NCBI GenBank assembly: GCA_951406725.2 | Contig: OX597817.1 | Location: forward strand, 87,978,001 to 88,042,000 | DNA length: 64,000 nt | DNA from: Octopus vulgaris | Taxonomy: Eukaryota | Direction: 5' to 3' | Shown here: piece by piece, positions 13,046 to 28,000 of the stretch | Layout of the letters: each line of letters begins with the position of its first letter | Position numbering within the stretch: the first letter of the stretch is position 1 | Notes under the pieces: model-generated | What the model was told of the DNA's origin: nothing | Seen by the model: only the letters and a program-made list of their open reading frames with translations | The model's database searches: none | Position numbers and translations under genes: made by a program

Positions 13046-16000
13046 ATTTCTGCTGTAGGCACAAGGCCTGAAATTTTGGGGGGAGAGGGCTAGTCGATTA
13101 TATCAACTCCAGTCCTCAACTGATACATATTTTGAAGACCACAAAAGAATGAAAGGTAAATACAAATAAATGACCTAATGTAATACCAGACTCTCCTGGT
13201 AATATGTACATGTTTTGTCTTGGTGTAAAAGATGGGCTATCGCAAATATTCAGCTCAATATCACAGATTTGCTTGTCAGTTACTTGACCATAACAAGTTG
13301 AGCGTATCCTTTAGTGGCGGACGATATGTGCATCTTTGATCATGAGCAGGAGTATCATAGCTATGAGCTGAGAGTGATTCTTTGGGGTTTGAATAATTCA
13401 CCCCTGGAAACATGGGTGTTTCATTCCTTAAACAAACTTATTCAGAGACCTTTTAAGAGGGATGGGCTACTCAACCTGAAGAAAATTCTAACAGGGCTCT
13501 CATCTGCAAGGTCATGTGCTGTTTATTTTGATATGAAGTCACCATGTCATGCGCATATGGTTGTGATGCATGTACTCTTATCAGACGGGTAATCATGATG
13601 GGTATATTGGGCTTTATATATTTGGCACTTTGATGGTATGTGCTGTCCTTTCACTCAATAATAATGGTTTCGAATTTTGGCACAAAGCCAGCAATTTTGG
13701 TGGAAAGTGTAAGTCAATTGCATCAAACAGTGTTCACCTGGTATTTATTTTATAAACCCCAAAAGGACAAAATTCAAGTCGACCTCAGCAGAATTTGAAC
13801 TCAGAACATCAAGAAGGACAAAATGCTGCTAAGTAATTTGACTGGCATGCTAGCAATTCTACAAGCTTGCCACCTTAATAATAATAATGACAATTTTGAT
13901 CTGTAAATAATATATTTGATAATAATTTAACTATTTTTCATTTCTTTGTTTTAATATAAATGTCTCTCTTTATCAACAATTACTTTATTGTTTGTAAAAA
14001 AAGATAGAATAATAGTGTATAGCCAATACAACCTGGTATATAACTGGTATACATTTATGCACCCTAAATGATATGAAGAGACATAAGAAATTGAGCTCAA
14101 TATTATCAAGATTTTCATATATCACCAGATATGTATACATGGAAAATACTTACAAATGATAAAAAACTTTCTTTATCATCTCCAGCAAGTTGCAAGAATA
14201 AATGGAAAAGATGTGCAGCAAACTTGGATACAATATTTACAGGGTAATTGCTGATGAAATCCTGCATTGCATTTGCCCAGTTGACATGAGGGGCAATTAC
14301 TTTCACAAGCTGGAAGCTTTCTATGTTACCATTATCACGAATCTGTCAGATGGACACAAATACATAAGATAATTAAAAATAATAATGGCAATAATCATGA
14401 GTATTACTGCCATTATGAAATATATATAAAGCCATTCTTAGAAAACAATCAATAAATTGTTAATATTTTAAAGCATTATTGGATGATTTTAAATCACTGT
14501 AATCAAATGTACTTTTGTGAGGTTTTTATCAAATAAAAAACATATTACAATCACAAAATACTCAATCAGAAAATAAATTTTAAACCTAAAATCTTCAATT
14601 ACAAATTTTATAAACTTTATACTCTAATCAAATATTACCAACAAATTAACTTCTATATGTCGTAAATTGTTGACAATGTTACTTTTATAGATGGTCACCA
14701 CTTTTTATAGCCACGTTTTGTTACCATTTGTGTAACACTACTTTTATATCATCATCATCAACAACAATTAACATCTGTGTTCCAAGCTAGCATGGTTTGT
14801 TCAAGGCTTGCACTGAGCTCCAAAGTCTGCTTTGGCATGGTTTTTACAGCTGGATGCTCTTCCTAATACCAGCCACTTTACAGCATGGACTGGGTGCTTT
14901 TTTTGTGCTACCTGCACTACTGAGATTGTCATGTAGCTCTCAGGACTACAAACCTTAGTAGTGGTGGGGTGTCAGCTTCATGCTAGGGGATGAGGAGATT
15001 TCTATGAGCAGAGAGGGGCTACTACCAAAAATATGTTAATAATAATTTGTGATATTTTCTCAATATATTTATCATGGAAGTGAACATATCCAGATAAAAA
15101 CTGCAGTTGACTAGTCTGCCAACACAAGGTTGTTCTAAATAGTTATGCAACTTGCATGCAGGAAACACTGTTCTTTTAGACTTTATACAAACAAACTCCT
15201 TGCAGTAGAATTAGAGAATGCATGAGACAAATTCCTTTAACATTTCTGTTATTCCTCTCTAGCTCTATAAAGCTAATTAGCATCAAATAGTTATTCCTAT
15301 TCTATATGATTAATTTTATCATTAAAATGAAAATAGTAAAACAAGAGATATTTATAGTTAGAGTAAATGTAGCAAAAACCAAAGTAATAGTAAGCAGCAA
15401 GGCATACTCAGCACACACCCCCTCGGGTAGGTGGTCCTGCTCAATCTGTAGGAAAGGTACAGGTAGAAACTCCATAAGATGCACCCAATGTAAGCTATGG
15501 ACGCATAAGAGGTGCAGCAACATTAAAGGGAAATTAACAGATAAGATAGCTTTCATGTGCGGCAGATGCACAGGGGCAATAGACACAACAGACACTCAGA
15601 AAACAGATTCCATCACACTCCAGGGAGAGAAACTAGAAGTAGTTGATAGTTTCCGCTACCTGGGTGACCAAGTTAGTAGCGGAGGTGGATGCACAGAGAG
15701 TATCACCACTAGAATACGAATAGCCTGGGCAAAGTTCAGAAAGCTCCTACCCCTACTGGCGGCAAAGGGTCTCTCCGTCAGACCGAAAGGTAGATTGTAT
15801 GATGCATGTGTGCGAACTGCCATGCTTCACGGTAATGAAACATGGGCTGTGACTGCAGAGGACATGCGTAGACTTGAAAGAAATGAAGCTAGCATGATCC
15901 GCTGGATGTGTAGTGTCAGTGTGCACGCACGAGAGAGTGTAAGCATCCTGAGAGAAATGCTGGATATAAGAAGCATCAGATGTGGTGTGCAAGAGCGACG

Positions 16001-19000
16001 CTTGCGATGGTATGGTCATGTGCTGCGGATGGATGAAGAGAGATGTGTGAAGAAGTGCCACTCCCAAACAGTTGAAGGTATCAGGGGGAGAGGTAGACCC
16101 AGGAAGACATGGGATGAGGTAGTCAAGCATGACCTCAGAGCATTGGGCCTCACTGAGGCAATGGCGAAGGACCGAGATCTCTGGAGATATGCTGTGACTG
16201 CAAAGACCCGGGCTGCTTCCTGCATCAGTTCCACATAGCCCCTGCCCATTCAAAGTACCCCGGATCCCAGATAGTCCTGCTGTGCCTGAGGAGATCTGTT
16301 GAGTCAAGTACATGAACATGAACGTCGAAATAAATATCAATGGAAATAGGAGTTATGATGCCTGTGCCGGTGGCACATAAAAAGTACTATCCGAACGTGG
16401 CCGATGCCAGCGCTGCCCCGACTGGCCTCTGTGCCGGTAAGACCATCTGAATGTTGCCAGCGCCGCCCTGGCTGGCTCCCGTGCCGCTGGCACGTTAAAA
16501 GCTCGAACCGATCGTGACCAATGCTGGACCCCCCGGCCCCTGTGCAGGTGGCACGTAAAAAGCACCCACTCCACTCGCGGAGTGGTTGGCGTTAGGAAGG
16601 GCATCCAGCCGTAAAAACTCTGCCAGATCAGACTGGAGCCTGGAGCGGCCCCTGGCTTCCCAGACCCCGGTCGAACCGTCCAACCCGTGCTAGCGCGGAA
16701 AACGGACGTTAAACGATGATGATGATGATGATGATACATGCTAAGATTTAAATTAAAACTCTGTTTCTAAACAATAAATCAGATTCTTAAACAAGGGTTT
16801 TACTTACAGTTGACATTGTTTCTGCAACCTGCAAATCAATTGTAAGTTGATCCCATGGCAACAAGGCCAATTCAACATTCAGTAACGTAACACAATAAAC
16901 TGGTATCTTTCTCGATGCTAATATAGAGGTATAGAAGATCCACAGCCGTCCAAGTATGTCTTGGGTTTGTGAGTAAGCTACAGGTGATAATAAAGCTGTA
17001 AAGAAAGAAAACACAACAGTAATTAAGAGTCTTTTAGTGAAGCATTCAAAAGTAAATCAAGTGTAAAGGTACCCTGGCAGGAAGGTTTCTGATAAATGAA
17101 ATACAACCAAAAGATGTTTCATAGTATTCTGAATTAACTGGAAACCTAACGTGACAACAACAGACACCTTCTTCATAAAGAACTCAAAATGCAACTGAAG
17201 ACCTCTCCTAATCATTCTGGTTCTGATACAATACAAGTCAATAAAGCAATCCAAATATTAAAAAAAAATCTTACAAACAACCATTCAGAAGCCACATGAA
17301 AGTATTTGAAGGCAGTATTATATGTAATAAGGAGAAATTTCAAACTATAATTCCACTACCAAAGAAGGGTAAACCTCAGCACAGTCACATCCATTGATGC
17401 ATCGAGACAACATTAATCACTGATATTATATCATCATCATCATCTTTCATATCATTTAATGTCCATGTTCCATATTGGCATTAAAAGATCCACAGATATT
17501 TCAGAAAAGCCTGTCTCTACAGTAAAAAAATCTTCATTGAAAATTAAAGTTCAAGCCTATTAGTCATCATGGTAATAGTCTAGATTTTAAAAACCTGTGA
17601 GACTGACAGAATCAAAAGAAAAGTAAGTTTGTCAATGTTAGAACTTACATTTTTTTGATAATGTTTTAATCATCCATTCCTATATAGGAGCAGTTGGATG
17701 ATTTTAAATCATTGTAATCAAACGTAGAGAACATTCTAGATATAACAAAATCATAAACTTTGAGATTATTGTAAACAAAAACCAAAACAAAAAAAAAGCA
17801 GAATATCATTTTTTAATTACGATTTAATTTAAATATGTCTAATTACAAAAGTTAATTTGTGGCACAAAACAATGCTAAAAATCATAGCTAGGTAAATCAA
17901 TTACTTTACTTTCCATTCTAAATCAAATACAACAAAAACTTACATTTATAAAATGTGTGGATATATCGGATTGCATCACAGAAGTTTTGAACCATTATGG
18001 TAGCAGCCTCATGGTCACCAGCTGTCCAAGGGATCAGTAATTGAGTCTGCGCTGGTCCTTTCAATGGCCTCACCCAAGGACTGAACACATTTACTATCAT
18101 ATTCCATAAATAATCAATCACTAAAAAAAAATATAATATATAAATTATGAACACAAAAGAAAATCAATACAACATCAATACAAATCAATACATAAAACGA
18201 TAAAGTAAAGTTCCCAGCAAGAATGTGAAACAGTTTCAATTCCTAGTAATAGCCTATTCAATTTGACTATGACACTAATGAGTTTAAGTTAATCTCATTT
18301 CCTATGTTATTTACATTGGAACTAAGAGATCAATATTTTAAATGTGTTTTGTTTTGCTTTTTAACCCTTTAGAATTCAAACCAGCCATATCTGGCCCAAT
18401 TATTCTACCTGTTTTATGTTCAAACCAGCCAGATCCAGCCTCTCACACCTACCCTACAATGTCATTCTAAAGTAGACAATCACATCATTGAAACCTCAAC
18501 GCCATAAGATAATGCATGATTAATTGAAAACAATGTGAATAAATAAGCAATACATTTGATCGAGCAATCTGAATACTAAATAGAATATTTTTTGGTAAAA
18601 ATTATGATATAGTTAACTAATTTTTAGTGATATCTATTTTAACAACCTTATGAAAATGATAAAAAATAGGTAGGGAATCAGATCTGACATATACCTTAGT
18701 CAGCTTGCTTCCTGGTTTCTAAATCTGCTTGACACCTAAATTTACAAAATTAATTAAATCTTTGTTTTAGATTGCTCACTAAAAATATAGTTTTGTTATC
18801 ATCATTTGAACTGGTTTGGTATATTGCGGTTCCTGAACTGAACTGGTTTGGCATACTGTAGTCTGCCATCTTATCTATTATGCCAAACATCTCCAGATCT
18901 CATCACACCAATTCTACCCCCATCTCTTCCTTGGTCTTACCCCAACCACTGCCAGTATACAGCACATTTTTACACTGTAAATTTTATTAAGAGTTTACCA

Positions 19001-22000
19001 GATAAAGAAATGGAGGTTATCTTTACTTTTAAGCATCATTGAGAGTTGAATTAACTAGTAAATGTTACTAATCAGTAGGTTTAGGCTAAAAAGAAACTGA
19101 TAGAACTTAATATGCAGCATCATCATTTAGCATCTGCTTTCAATGCTGCATGGGTTAGATGTTTGACTGGAACTGGTAAGCCAGAGAGCTGTACCAAGCT
19201 CCAGTCTGTTTTGGCCTGGTTTCTAGGGCTGGATACCCTTCCTAATGCCAACTACTCTACAGAGTGTACTGGGTGCACTTGTGCCTTTTATATGTCATCA
19301 GCATGGGTGCCTTTTATATGTTACCAGCAGTGGCCATGACTAATACTTGATGAAAAATTTTAAGATAAGCAGAAGGGTACCCAATAAACATTCCACACTA
19401 AGATTGAAAAATTCCATATTTTAATTCATGAGTCATATTTCATTCGAACATAAATTTTTAACCAAATTTACTACCACCAATATTAACTTACCCTGAGCAG
19501 GTGATTCTTCTGAAAGATTTTCATGATATTGAGCTGCTAGAATTTTTAGAAAACCAGCACTGATGGAAGCAATATACGGCACATATTTATGCCATTTGGA
19601 ATAGAGACCAAATGTACAGCTTTCTTTATTGAGTAGTCGTTGTTCCATAAAGAATGATGACATCATCTCAAGAATTTGTGCGAGCTGGAAAAAGACATAA
19701 TGAAAATTTATGATAATAATAAATTAAAACCTATAAAATAAAAGTAATGCTTTGATTGTGATGAAAATAGATTTTTATTGTAACTACTTTGAAGAATCTA
19801 CAAAAAGTACTGAGCAGCTGACACTTGTGATAACATCATCTTTCTGGACAACCTGAAAAAACTGGCTTTTAGGCTACATTAACCTTTACAAGCAGTAGAT
19901 TAGAGACAAGTAATTGAAGACCAGAGTCATTTATATCCCAACTTTTAAGTGTTGTGAAGAGAATCATAAACAGAAAGAGAAACAACTCAAACCAACAGAA
20001 ACATTTTAACAATATCCAAAAAAGCTTCTTCTGGGCAAATTCTGAAGTCTACATCTGGATTAAGGGTTACTTGTGCATACTTGGATTGTACCAAAATCTT
20101 TGACAAGGTTAACTACAGAATATCATGTTAAACATTGAATAATAGTTGGCATCTGTTTTATGCAAAACCAAAGTTAAATTGTAATGGCCAACAGATCCCT
20201 ATCAGCAAGTCTGTAGAAATAAGCAGAGTGCAACATGGTACTTTTATGAGGCCTGTTTTGTTCTTGTTGTCAGACAGGGTTAAAAGTATACATTCAACCA
20301 GACTGAGCAGTTATGCTAAACAACACTAAAATGCTGCTACAGATCAAGACAAATGATTATATCTACAAATGCCAACAAGATCTAGATGCCATATACAACT
20401 GAGCAAATGCAATAACCACACAGTCCTGTCTGTACCCAAAGAAGTAATTATATAAAATTGATATTGCTACAATGGATTAAAAACTGACCTGGTGGCTAGA
20501 CAGTTGTGATGCTGAAGGGGCAGAAATGTTTGATAACTGCTGTAGTTGATAATCTTCATCAAAACTTCCAGGTGTTGCACATTCAGTAACATATGGGAAA
20601 GCAGTCTCACTGAATATTTGCCAACATTTCACATGTAGTCGACCTTTTGATGAAACTATAATAAAAGACATGAGAAGAGATTACAAGATTTGCATGTATG
20701 TGTATATATAAGTGTGTGTATGTAATATAGATAAATATGTTTATATGTTTGTGTATAATATAAATACATATATTTATGTATGTGTTTGAGTATAATATAG
20801 ATACATATATTAACACATGCATATGTGTGTCTGTGTGTATAATATAAATAGATATATTTATATGAGTGTATGTTTAATACATATATTTATGCAAGTATTA
20901 GTGTGCATCTGTTTGTATGTATATGTCCAAAAATATTAGCACTGAAACTCATACCAAAAACAAAATTCTGAAACATGAATATAATCCACTCTCTGTTCTC
21001 CCTTAATGGAACCAATTATATATTTAACACTGTAACTAAAGTTTTATCAAACAAATCACAAATTACAAATAAATTCAAACTTTGCTTTGGCAAATGTAAT
21101 CACAATATCTAGGGACCCACCTGTCCCTAGATATGTTTCTCCAGATATGATAGTGTTTCTGGATGTTGAATTAAATATAAGCCTCCGCTTTAAACCTAGC
21201 TATGGATCTAATTACTGGTATCTGAGGTATGTACAAGTGAACTGACCAACTAAATAAGCCATTAGAATTGATCACAAGATCAAAACTGTTATTGATAGGG
21301 TTTTTAAAAAATATTTTGCTATGCCTTAATATACGACAGTCAGGAATAGGAGCAGGTTCTCTAGAAATGTAACATGCAACAGACTAGCTTCTTAATCAAG
21401 AGGAGCTGTGTTTTCTATATCTCTGCAAAGATAAGGAAAGGCCCCATGATTTGTAGGGAATTGTTGAAGAAAGAAATGGTGATGTTTCAATCCCAATTTG
21501 TGTTTTCCCATAGATAAAGAGGAAAGAAAATAGAAAAATACTTAATGTATGTTAACTAGAAATGAAATATAGAAAGTGAACACTGAATTTAATAATATTC
21601 CAAACTTACTGTGGCAGTTTACATAAAACGCACACAATAAGTAGTAGTAGCATAGGCAAAAAAGTGAAGAAGAGTTCAGGATTGAGCATATGGATTCATT
21701 AATAATATATTATAATAATTTTGTAAGAAAACACTGTTGTATAATTTATATTTCTGATGGCTAATGTAATTTGCTGAATAATGTACACTACAACATACAA
21801 GCCTGTCTAATTACTGTAATATCCAAGCACAAAACTGGAAGTAGCTCACATATAACTTCTGTATTTATTAAATGATGCTTATCATCCATTGGATTGAATA
21901 CTTTTTTGCCAACACACACACAGATACATATATATTGCTGAATACTCTACACTGAATACATAAATAAGCCAAGTCGATGATACATTAAACTATCACCCCA

Positions 22001-25000
22001 TATTATGCAAGTATGGGTATGTTATCATTATATTCCCTAGTAAGGCACTTTACAATATTTATCTAAGGTTACTTAAACTGTATGGAACATCCAAGGAAAA
22101 AAGTTTGTGATAGACTACCTGGAGAAGATTCACCTTGCATTGGCTTAGAGTTTATAGAAATTAAAGTCAAGCATTGACCCTAATAATCTCTTGTACACTC
22201 AGTTTTTAGAAAGGTAAACAGAAACAGGAAAAGATATTAGTAATAACAGATTAGAGGAAAAGGGTGAAAACAGCAAAGACTGACCTTTCAGAAGCATGGA
22301 AAGTATTTGAGAAAGGTAGTAGTGGAAACAAGAATTCAGTACTTTGTGTAAGTGTGTACAGAACAGCTGCAAACAGAGAAATATAATATATTCAATAAGA
22401 AGTGAGTGAAAAGTAGACATGTTCCTGAAATATAATTTCTTTTTTAACAATTGTATTTTAGTACAATATTAGCACTGATTTAAACTGAGAAAATGGACTG
22501 AAAATTAAGCAGGATGTCTTTTTCTCAGCTTATTAAAAGTTGCTTGCTTTTACAAAATGTAATTCCATGCTCAACTGTCCTTCTGTTTGATTGGCAGGAT
22601 CGTTAGGGCACTGGACAAAATGTCCTAAAGTATTTAGTTATAGGCTTTCAAATCCCACTGAATCAGTTTCATTCTTCTTCAGTTAATAAAGTATCAGTCA
22701 ATTACTGGAGTTGATTTCTATAATATATCTAATGCATTAATGGAATTATAATAGAAAACTAAGACTTTGACTTATGCATTAAAGTTAGTTCAAATAATTA
22801 TATACTTCCTACAAAATTGGCCAGAAGAATTCCTTAATAAACAGTGGGACATCTTTTACTTGGTCCTTGGTATTAGAACCTGCTGAAGATCAGAAAACCT
22901 AACACAAACAGGATTATATCAACTTTTGTTTCATCAAATTTCCAGAGGGTGGATAGCTATTTTTTCAAATATAACGCTGTATGATGGCTCTGTAAGTTTA
23001 TATTTTATCCTTTTCTAAGCTCCTTAATGTTATACTAGAAAGAAAGTCATTTGGCAATGCACTTGTACTTCTCTGCCTAATAATGCAATACTACCACTTT
23101 TGCACTATTCTAGATTGCTTGGTAACAGAGAACAATGGCATATTCCTTAAAAAAAGTTGTCAGGGAAACAATGGGTTACATTTTAAGGAAAATGTTCCTT
23201 CCTTTACACTGTGACTAACTTTAACATTCCGCTCTTCACTAGGAAAATTTTGTACCAGCTATACAGACAATTGAATTGACACTGTCTTAACTGTGGACAT
23301 GGTCTTCTCTCAAATTCCACAGGAAATCAATGAACCATTCTGGGTCTATTGAAAAGAGTTCTACTGGTGATTGCAACAATTGATGCATGGAAGAATGCAA
23401 TCTCCACAGGATTTGGGTTCACAGATGGATATTCTGTTGATGATTGTCACAATGACACACTGACAAGTCAGATTCAACAATCATACAAGCAGCAGCAGTC
23501 CAGTATCACTCCAGTGATTGGAGCAGAAATCATAGCTCTATCACAAAGACTAACCAGAGACAAGAAAGAAAAGTAACAGCCATCAATAAACACATAAAGC
23601 AAGCTAATGAACAGGCACAAGCAAGAAACCATGTTTACAAGGTAGAGCTAACAGGTACCACAAGATACCTCACTTGATACTCTTATAATTACAAGGTATC
23701 TCTAATAATTAAAGGTACCTCAAACAGATACCACATGGTACTTTGTTCAATGCTCTAACAATTCTACCCTTTACTTATGACAGGCAAAGTTGACCTTGGC
23801 AAGATTTGAACACAAAACACTGAGAGTCAGAATAGATATCACAAGGTATTCTATTTGACACTCTCATGACTGTCAACAGACTGCCCTGTACAATTAAATC
23901 ATTAATAATTAGAGATTAATATGCGTTATTAGATCAATTCATTAGAGATAAATTGCATTTTATCCAATGCCCTAATGATTCTACTAATTTGCTGCTCTAA
24001 CCAAATTATTAATAATGAGAGATAAACATGCATTATCAAATTAGTAAATCAGATATGATTTAAGACAAGAAAAACAAATTCAAAAAATGTAATTTATAAG
24101 ATGTAAAAGAACTCTACCTACTTTGTTTAAATAATAGCTACTTTTAATGAAGGAAATGAGCTCTATAAATTTAAATGTGTATATCTAGGATGTTGTGATG
24201 TTCATATCTGAACATAAGTTCCATAAGTGAAGTGAAATGACATCATTACAAACTGAGAATTGAATCTCGGTATCAGCCTCTTGTTTTTTCAAAAGCTCAC
24301 GACATCCCTGTTGAAATACTGAAGTATTCTCAATGAAAGTACTTAGTTATAGAGTTTAGTTTCAACAATGAAAGGAATGAAAATAACGTTAGTTTTGTAA
24401 CACTCACCTCAAAAAGGATCAGTTCCCTTGACATTGGTTCTGCTCCACAGCTGATAAAAGCTGTTGATAATACGTCGATAAGTTTTACAACTTCGGGATG
24501 TGGGAGGTTGAGTTTCTCTAACCAAATACACACATCGAACTAAGAAAGAAACAACAGACACAAATCATAGAAAATATAATCTAAAAGGACTGATGGAAAA
24601 TATAAAAAGAATTACAGATAAATTAATGCTAAATATATTTTGTCTCACAATGCAACTGAAATTAAGGCAGAGTTCTACATAATATTTATACCTTAACATA
24701 TGGGACATCAATATGAGGGAGTGCTGAAAAGTTCCTAGCTTTGGGTAAAAGGAAATACAGGAGGATCAGTTAATTATGGTTTTAGTCAACATATTCCCCT
24801 CTCAGATTCACACACTTATTGCAGCAGTCCTTCAGTTTTTCTAAGCCCTGTAAAAGATCTCGGAAGGTTGGGCCTCCAATGAGATCTTTTACAATACCCT
24901 TAAAGTCAGAAGCTTTCAGCACTCCCTTGTATATTTCTCAAACTGAGGTTCACTTAATCATTCCCAGTCTTATAATTAATTGTAATTTTAGCCCCAATAT

Positions 25001-28000
25001 TCCTCTACAACATACAAGGGAATAAATTCAGATCTCTTGCTTGTTATAATGTTCTTGACTCTAAACAAGGGACACAATGGCTAATTGAGAAACTCAAACT
25101 TTATTCCTACTTCATGGTTAGTAATGAGAAGGAAAATCTTCTCCTTCCTAATAACTAATGTAGTAAGAGCAGGATTTGTTAATTAATAAAAAATATTACT
25201 TCATCCATGTAGGAAAAATTGATATAAAACTGTAATATATTAATGACTGGGCTGGGGAGGATGAACAAATGGACAGCATATATTTAAGTGAGGGAAGGGG
25301 CTAATATAATGTAAAGAGGTAAAGAATGTTTTGAAGAGGGGAAAAAAATTAGCTAAATGGAATACTATCGCAAGGGAAACAACTCTAATGTTCAAATTAA
25401 AGATTGAATGAAGATATCCAGTGGGGAGAAGGAATATGATATTTAGTAAATATGATAACTATTGACGTTTTAGTCAAATTAAACCTCTTCAATAAATCAT
25501 GATCTAAGCAATAATTACCTAAACCTAAACTGAGGAAATGTATTGACATTTGAGAGGAAATTATTCACCAAGTAGGCAAATTAAAATAATCCTTTCTACT
25601 TATAGGCACAAGGCCTGAAATCTTTGGGGAGCGGTTGATATAATCAACCCCAGTGCTCAACTGGTGTATATTTTATCAACCCTGAAGGAATGAAAGGCAG
25701 AGTCGACCTTGGTGAAATTTGAACTTGGGATGTAAAGAGCTGGAAGAAATGCTGCAAAGCATTTTTGCCCAACATGGTCACCACCTTAGAATAATTTAAA
25801 ATGATAAGATAGATGCCATCTAGAAGAAAAGCATTTAGTTCATAAGAAGGAGCTTAAGAACTAAAAAAATATGCTGGCAATCATTCATTGTCAAGGAAGT
25901 GAACTCAATATGAAATATGTATAGCTTTTGTTTTTGAGACAATTTTTATCTAGAATAACGTTATTCAGCCTATCTTTCCTTTTATTAAATCGGCAAGGTG
26001 TGACTTGAGGGAGATTTGGTTGCTATTTTCGGTAGGCTGACCAACAATATACAAACTAACTTACTGGTTCACAATTTTTAAGTTCGTTAGTTAGATATCT
26101 CTGGTAAGTTTAGATAAAGCAGTAATTAGTAAAAGAATAATAGATTAAATAGTTAATGATAATATGTAAAATATTTGTAGCATAATGAATTTTAAAAAAT
26201 CAATTAATTAATTTTAGTTGAAACCATTCTACCTCTGAATGATTGTCAAAGGCAGTGGTTCTCAACCATTTTTGGCCTATGGACCCCTTTGATTCCTATT
26301 TTACTCAAGTGCGTTCTCATAACCATTTGATGTATATAAAAAAGTCCTACTGTATTTCAATAATTAAATAAAATTAGAAATTGTATTAAAAAAAATTTTA
26401 ATATTTTGTGTATCGTAGAAGCGTATTCAATTTATTGCAGATAAGTTTTAATAATAAAATCTTATATACCCCTCAAGGGCTATATGGACTCCCAAGGCCA
26501 ATATGGATCCCCAAGGGCCATATGAACCCTGAAGGGCCATATGGACCCTGTTTGAGAACCACTGGTCTAAGGGTAAAACTTGAATGTTTACTCAGAAAGA
26601 AATCTATAAATGCTCGAACTGCCATTTTAAAATGTAATTCTAAAGACTTACCTTTGATAGCAGCATGAAAGCCATATCTATTTGACATGAACGAAGGACA
26701 ATCAGTTTTTCATACATAGCCAAAAAGCAGCCTGGATTCAGATTGGGTAAGAAGTGAGGAGACATTAAACCTGCAAGGTCAGGATGGTCAAGCACAAAAT
26801 TCAACAGAACAGGGCTTTGGTCAGGCATTTTCTGAACAAATTCCTGCAAGGGAACAAGACATTAAAACATTAAGAATAATTCTGTATTAAATCAATGTAA
26901 ATAATACTGAAACAGTAAAATAGACAAAATGGAATAAGCAGAACAAGGGGAGACATGTGGGATAGAGAATTGCAGAAGAGGTCATAGGATGTGTGATGAA
27001 AGAACTTTGACAAAGAAACTAAAATAATAATAATAAAGCTGAAGTGAAGACCAAATATATATTATGTGTGTTTAATTGGCAAAATATGATCATCCACAAA
27101 TATAACTCTACTTCAACACACAACTTCACAAAAAGTAAAATATTTAATTAATAAAAATTTTTAGCAAAAACAGTTACTGTTTGAAGACAAAAACTTAGAG
27201 AGAAAATCTCTCACGACAAATAATGTGCAGCAATTGTGGCTATTAAGGAGTATAAATCTAGCTTCTAATACTGTATTATTTGCTTAAATAGATAGTTATT
27301 TTGTTTGTATTTAACTAACCAACACAAAAACCCTTTGCATTTCAATGTGTACCATTGAAACAGAGCATTCATCCTCATTCATTTAATGTCTGCTTTCCAA
27401 ACTGGCATGGGTTTGACGGTTTGACTGGAACAAGTAAGCTGGAGAGCTGCATCAGGTTCCAGTCTGACTTGGCATGGTTTCTATGGTAGGATGTCCTTCC
27501 TAACACCAACCATGCCAAGAGTGTAATGGGTGCTTCTTACATGCCACCAGCACATGCTTCAATATCCAAATTCATAAAAACAATCCAACCTACTCCAAAA
27601 AGGAGGAAAATATATAAATATATCTCAAAATTCCTCACAGTAAAATTGTGCTTGGTGAGAACTAGTTGAGTATGTTCAATGATTGGAAGAGTTAAGGTGA
27701 AAGTAAAGCCAAATATTTCGAGTAATAAATTACCAATATTATTTGATGACTAATATTATTTTTTAATAATGAGTACAGGAGATATATCCTGACATTTTAC
27801 TCTTGTTTAGGGTTATCTGAGGCAAGAATAATCCCAACAGAGCTGCCAAATTGAATGACTGTATATAGCAATGTTAAGAGATCAAAGCCACTCTGCCTTG
27901 TCTTTCCTCACTGAGCCCACATATCCAAGTCATTCTTCTGATTCCATATCTATGTGATTCTCCTGGTCCTATTTCAAAGTGATTCTCTTGGACAGAAGAT

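Noticed and set aside
15753-16340. 195-aa ORF and other ORFs antisense to the LINE copies (e.g. 50444-50821, 52091-52486)
   Set aside because: Shadow ORFs of the LINE coding sequence with no independent motifs
24117-24307. Possible extra EPG5 exon (GCRELLKKQ...) after a cag acceptor
   Set aside because: The frame hits TAG, and exons 24408-24539 and 22285-22366 already join in phase and match EPG5 colinearly
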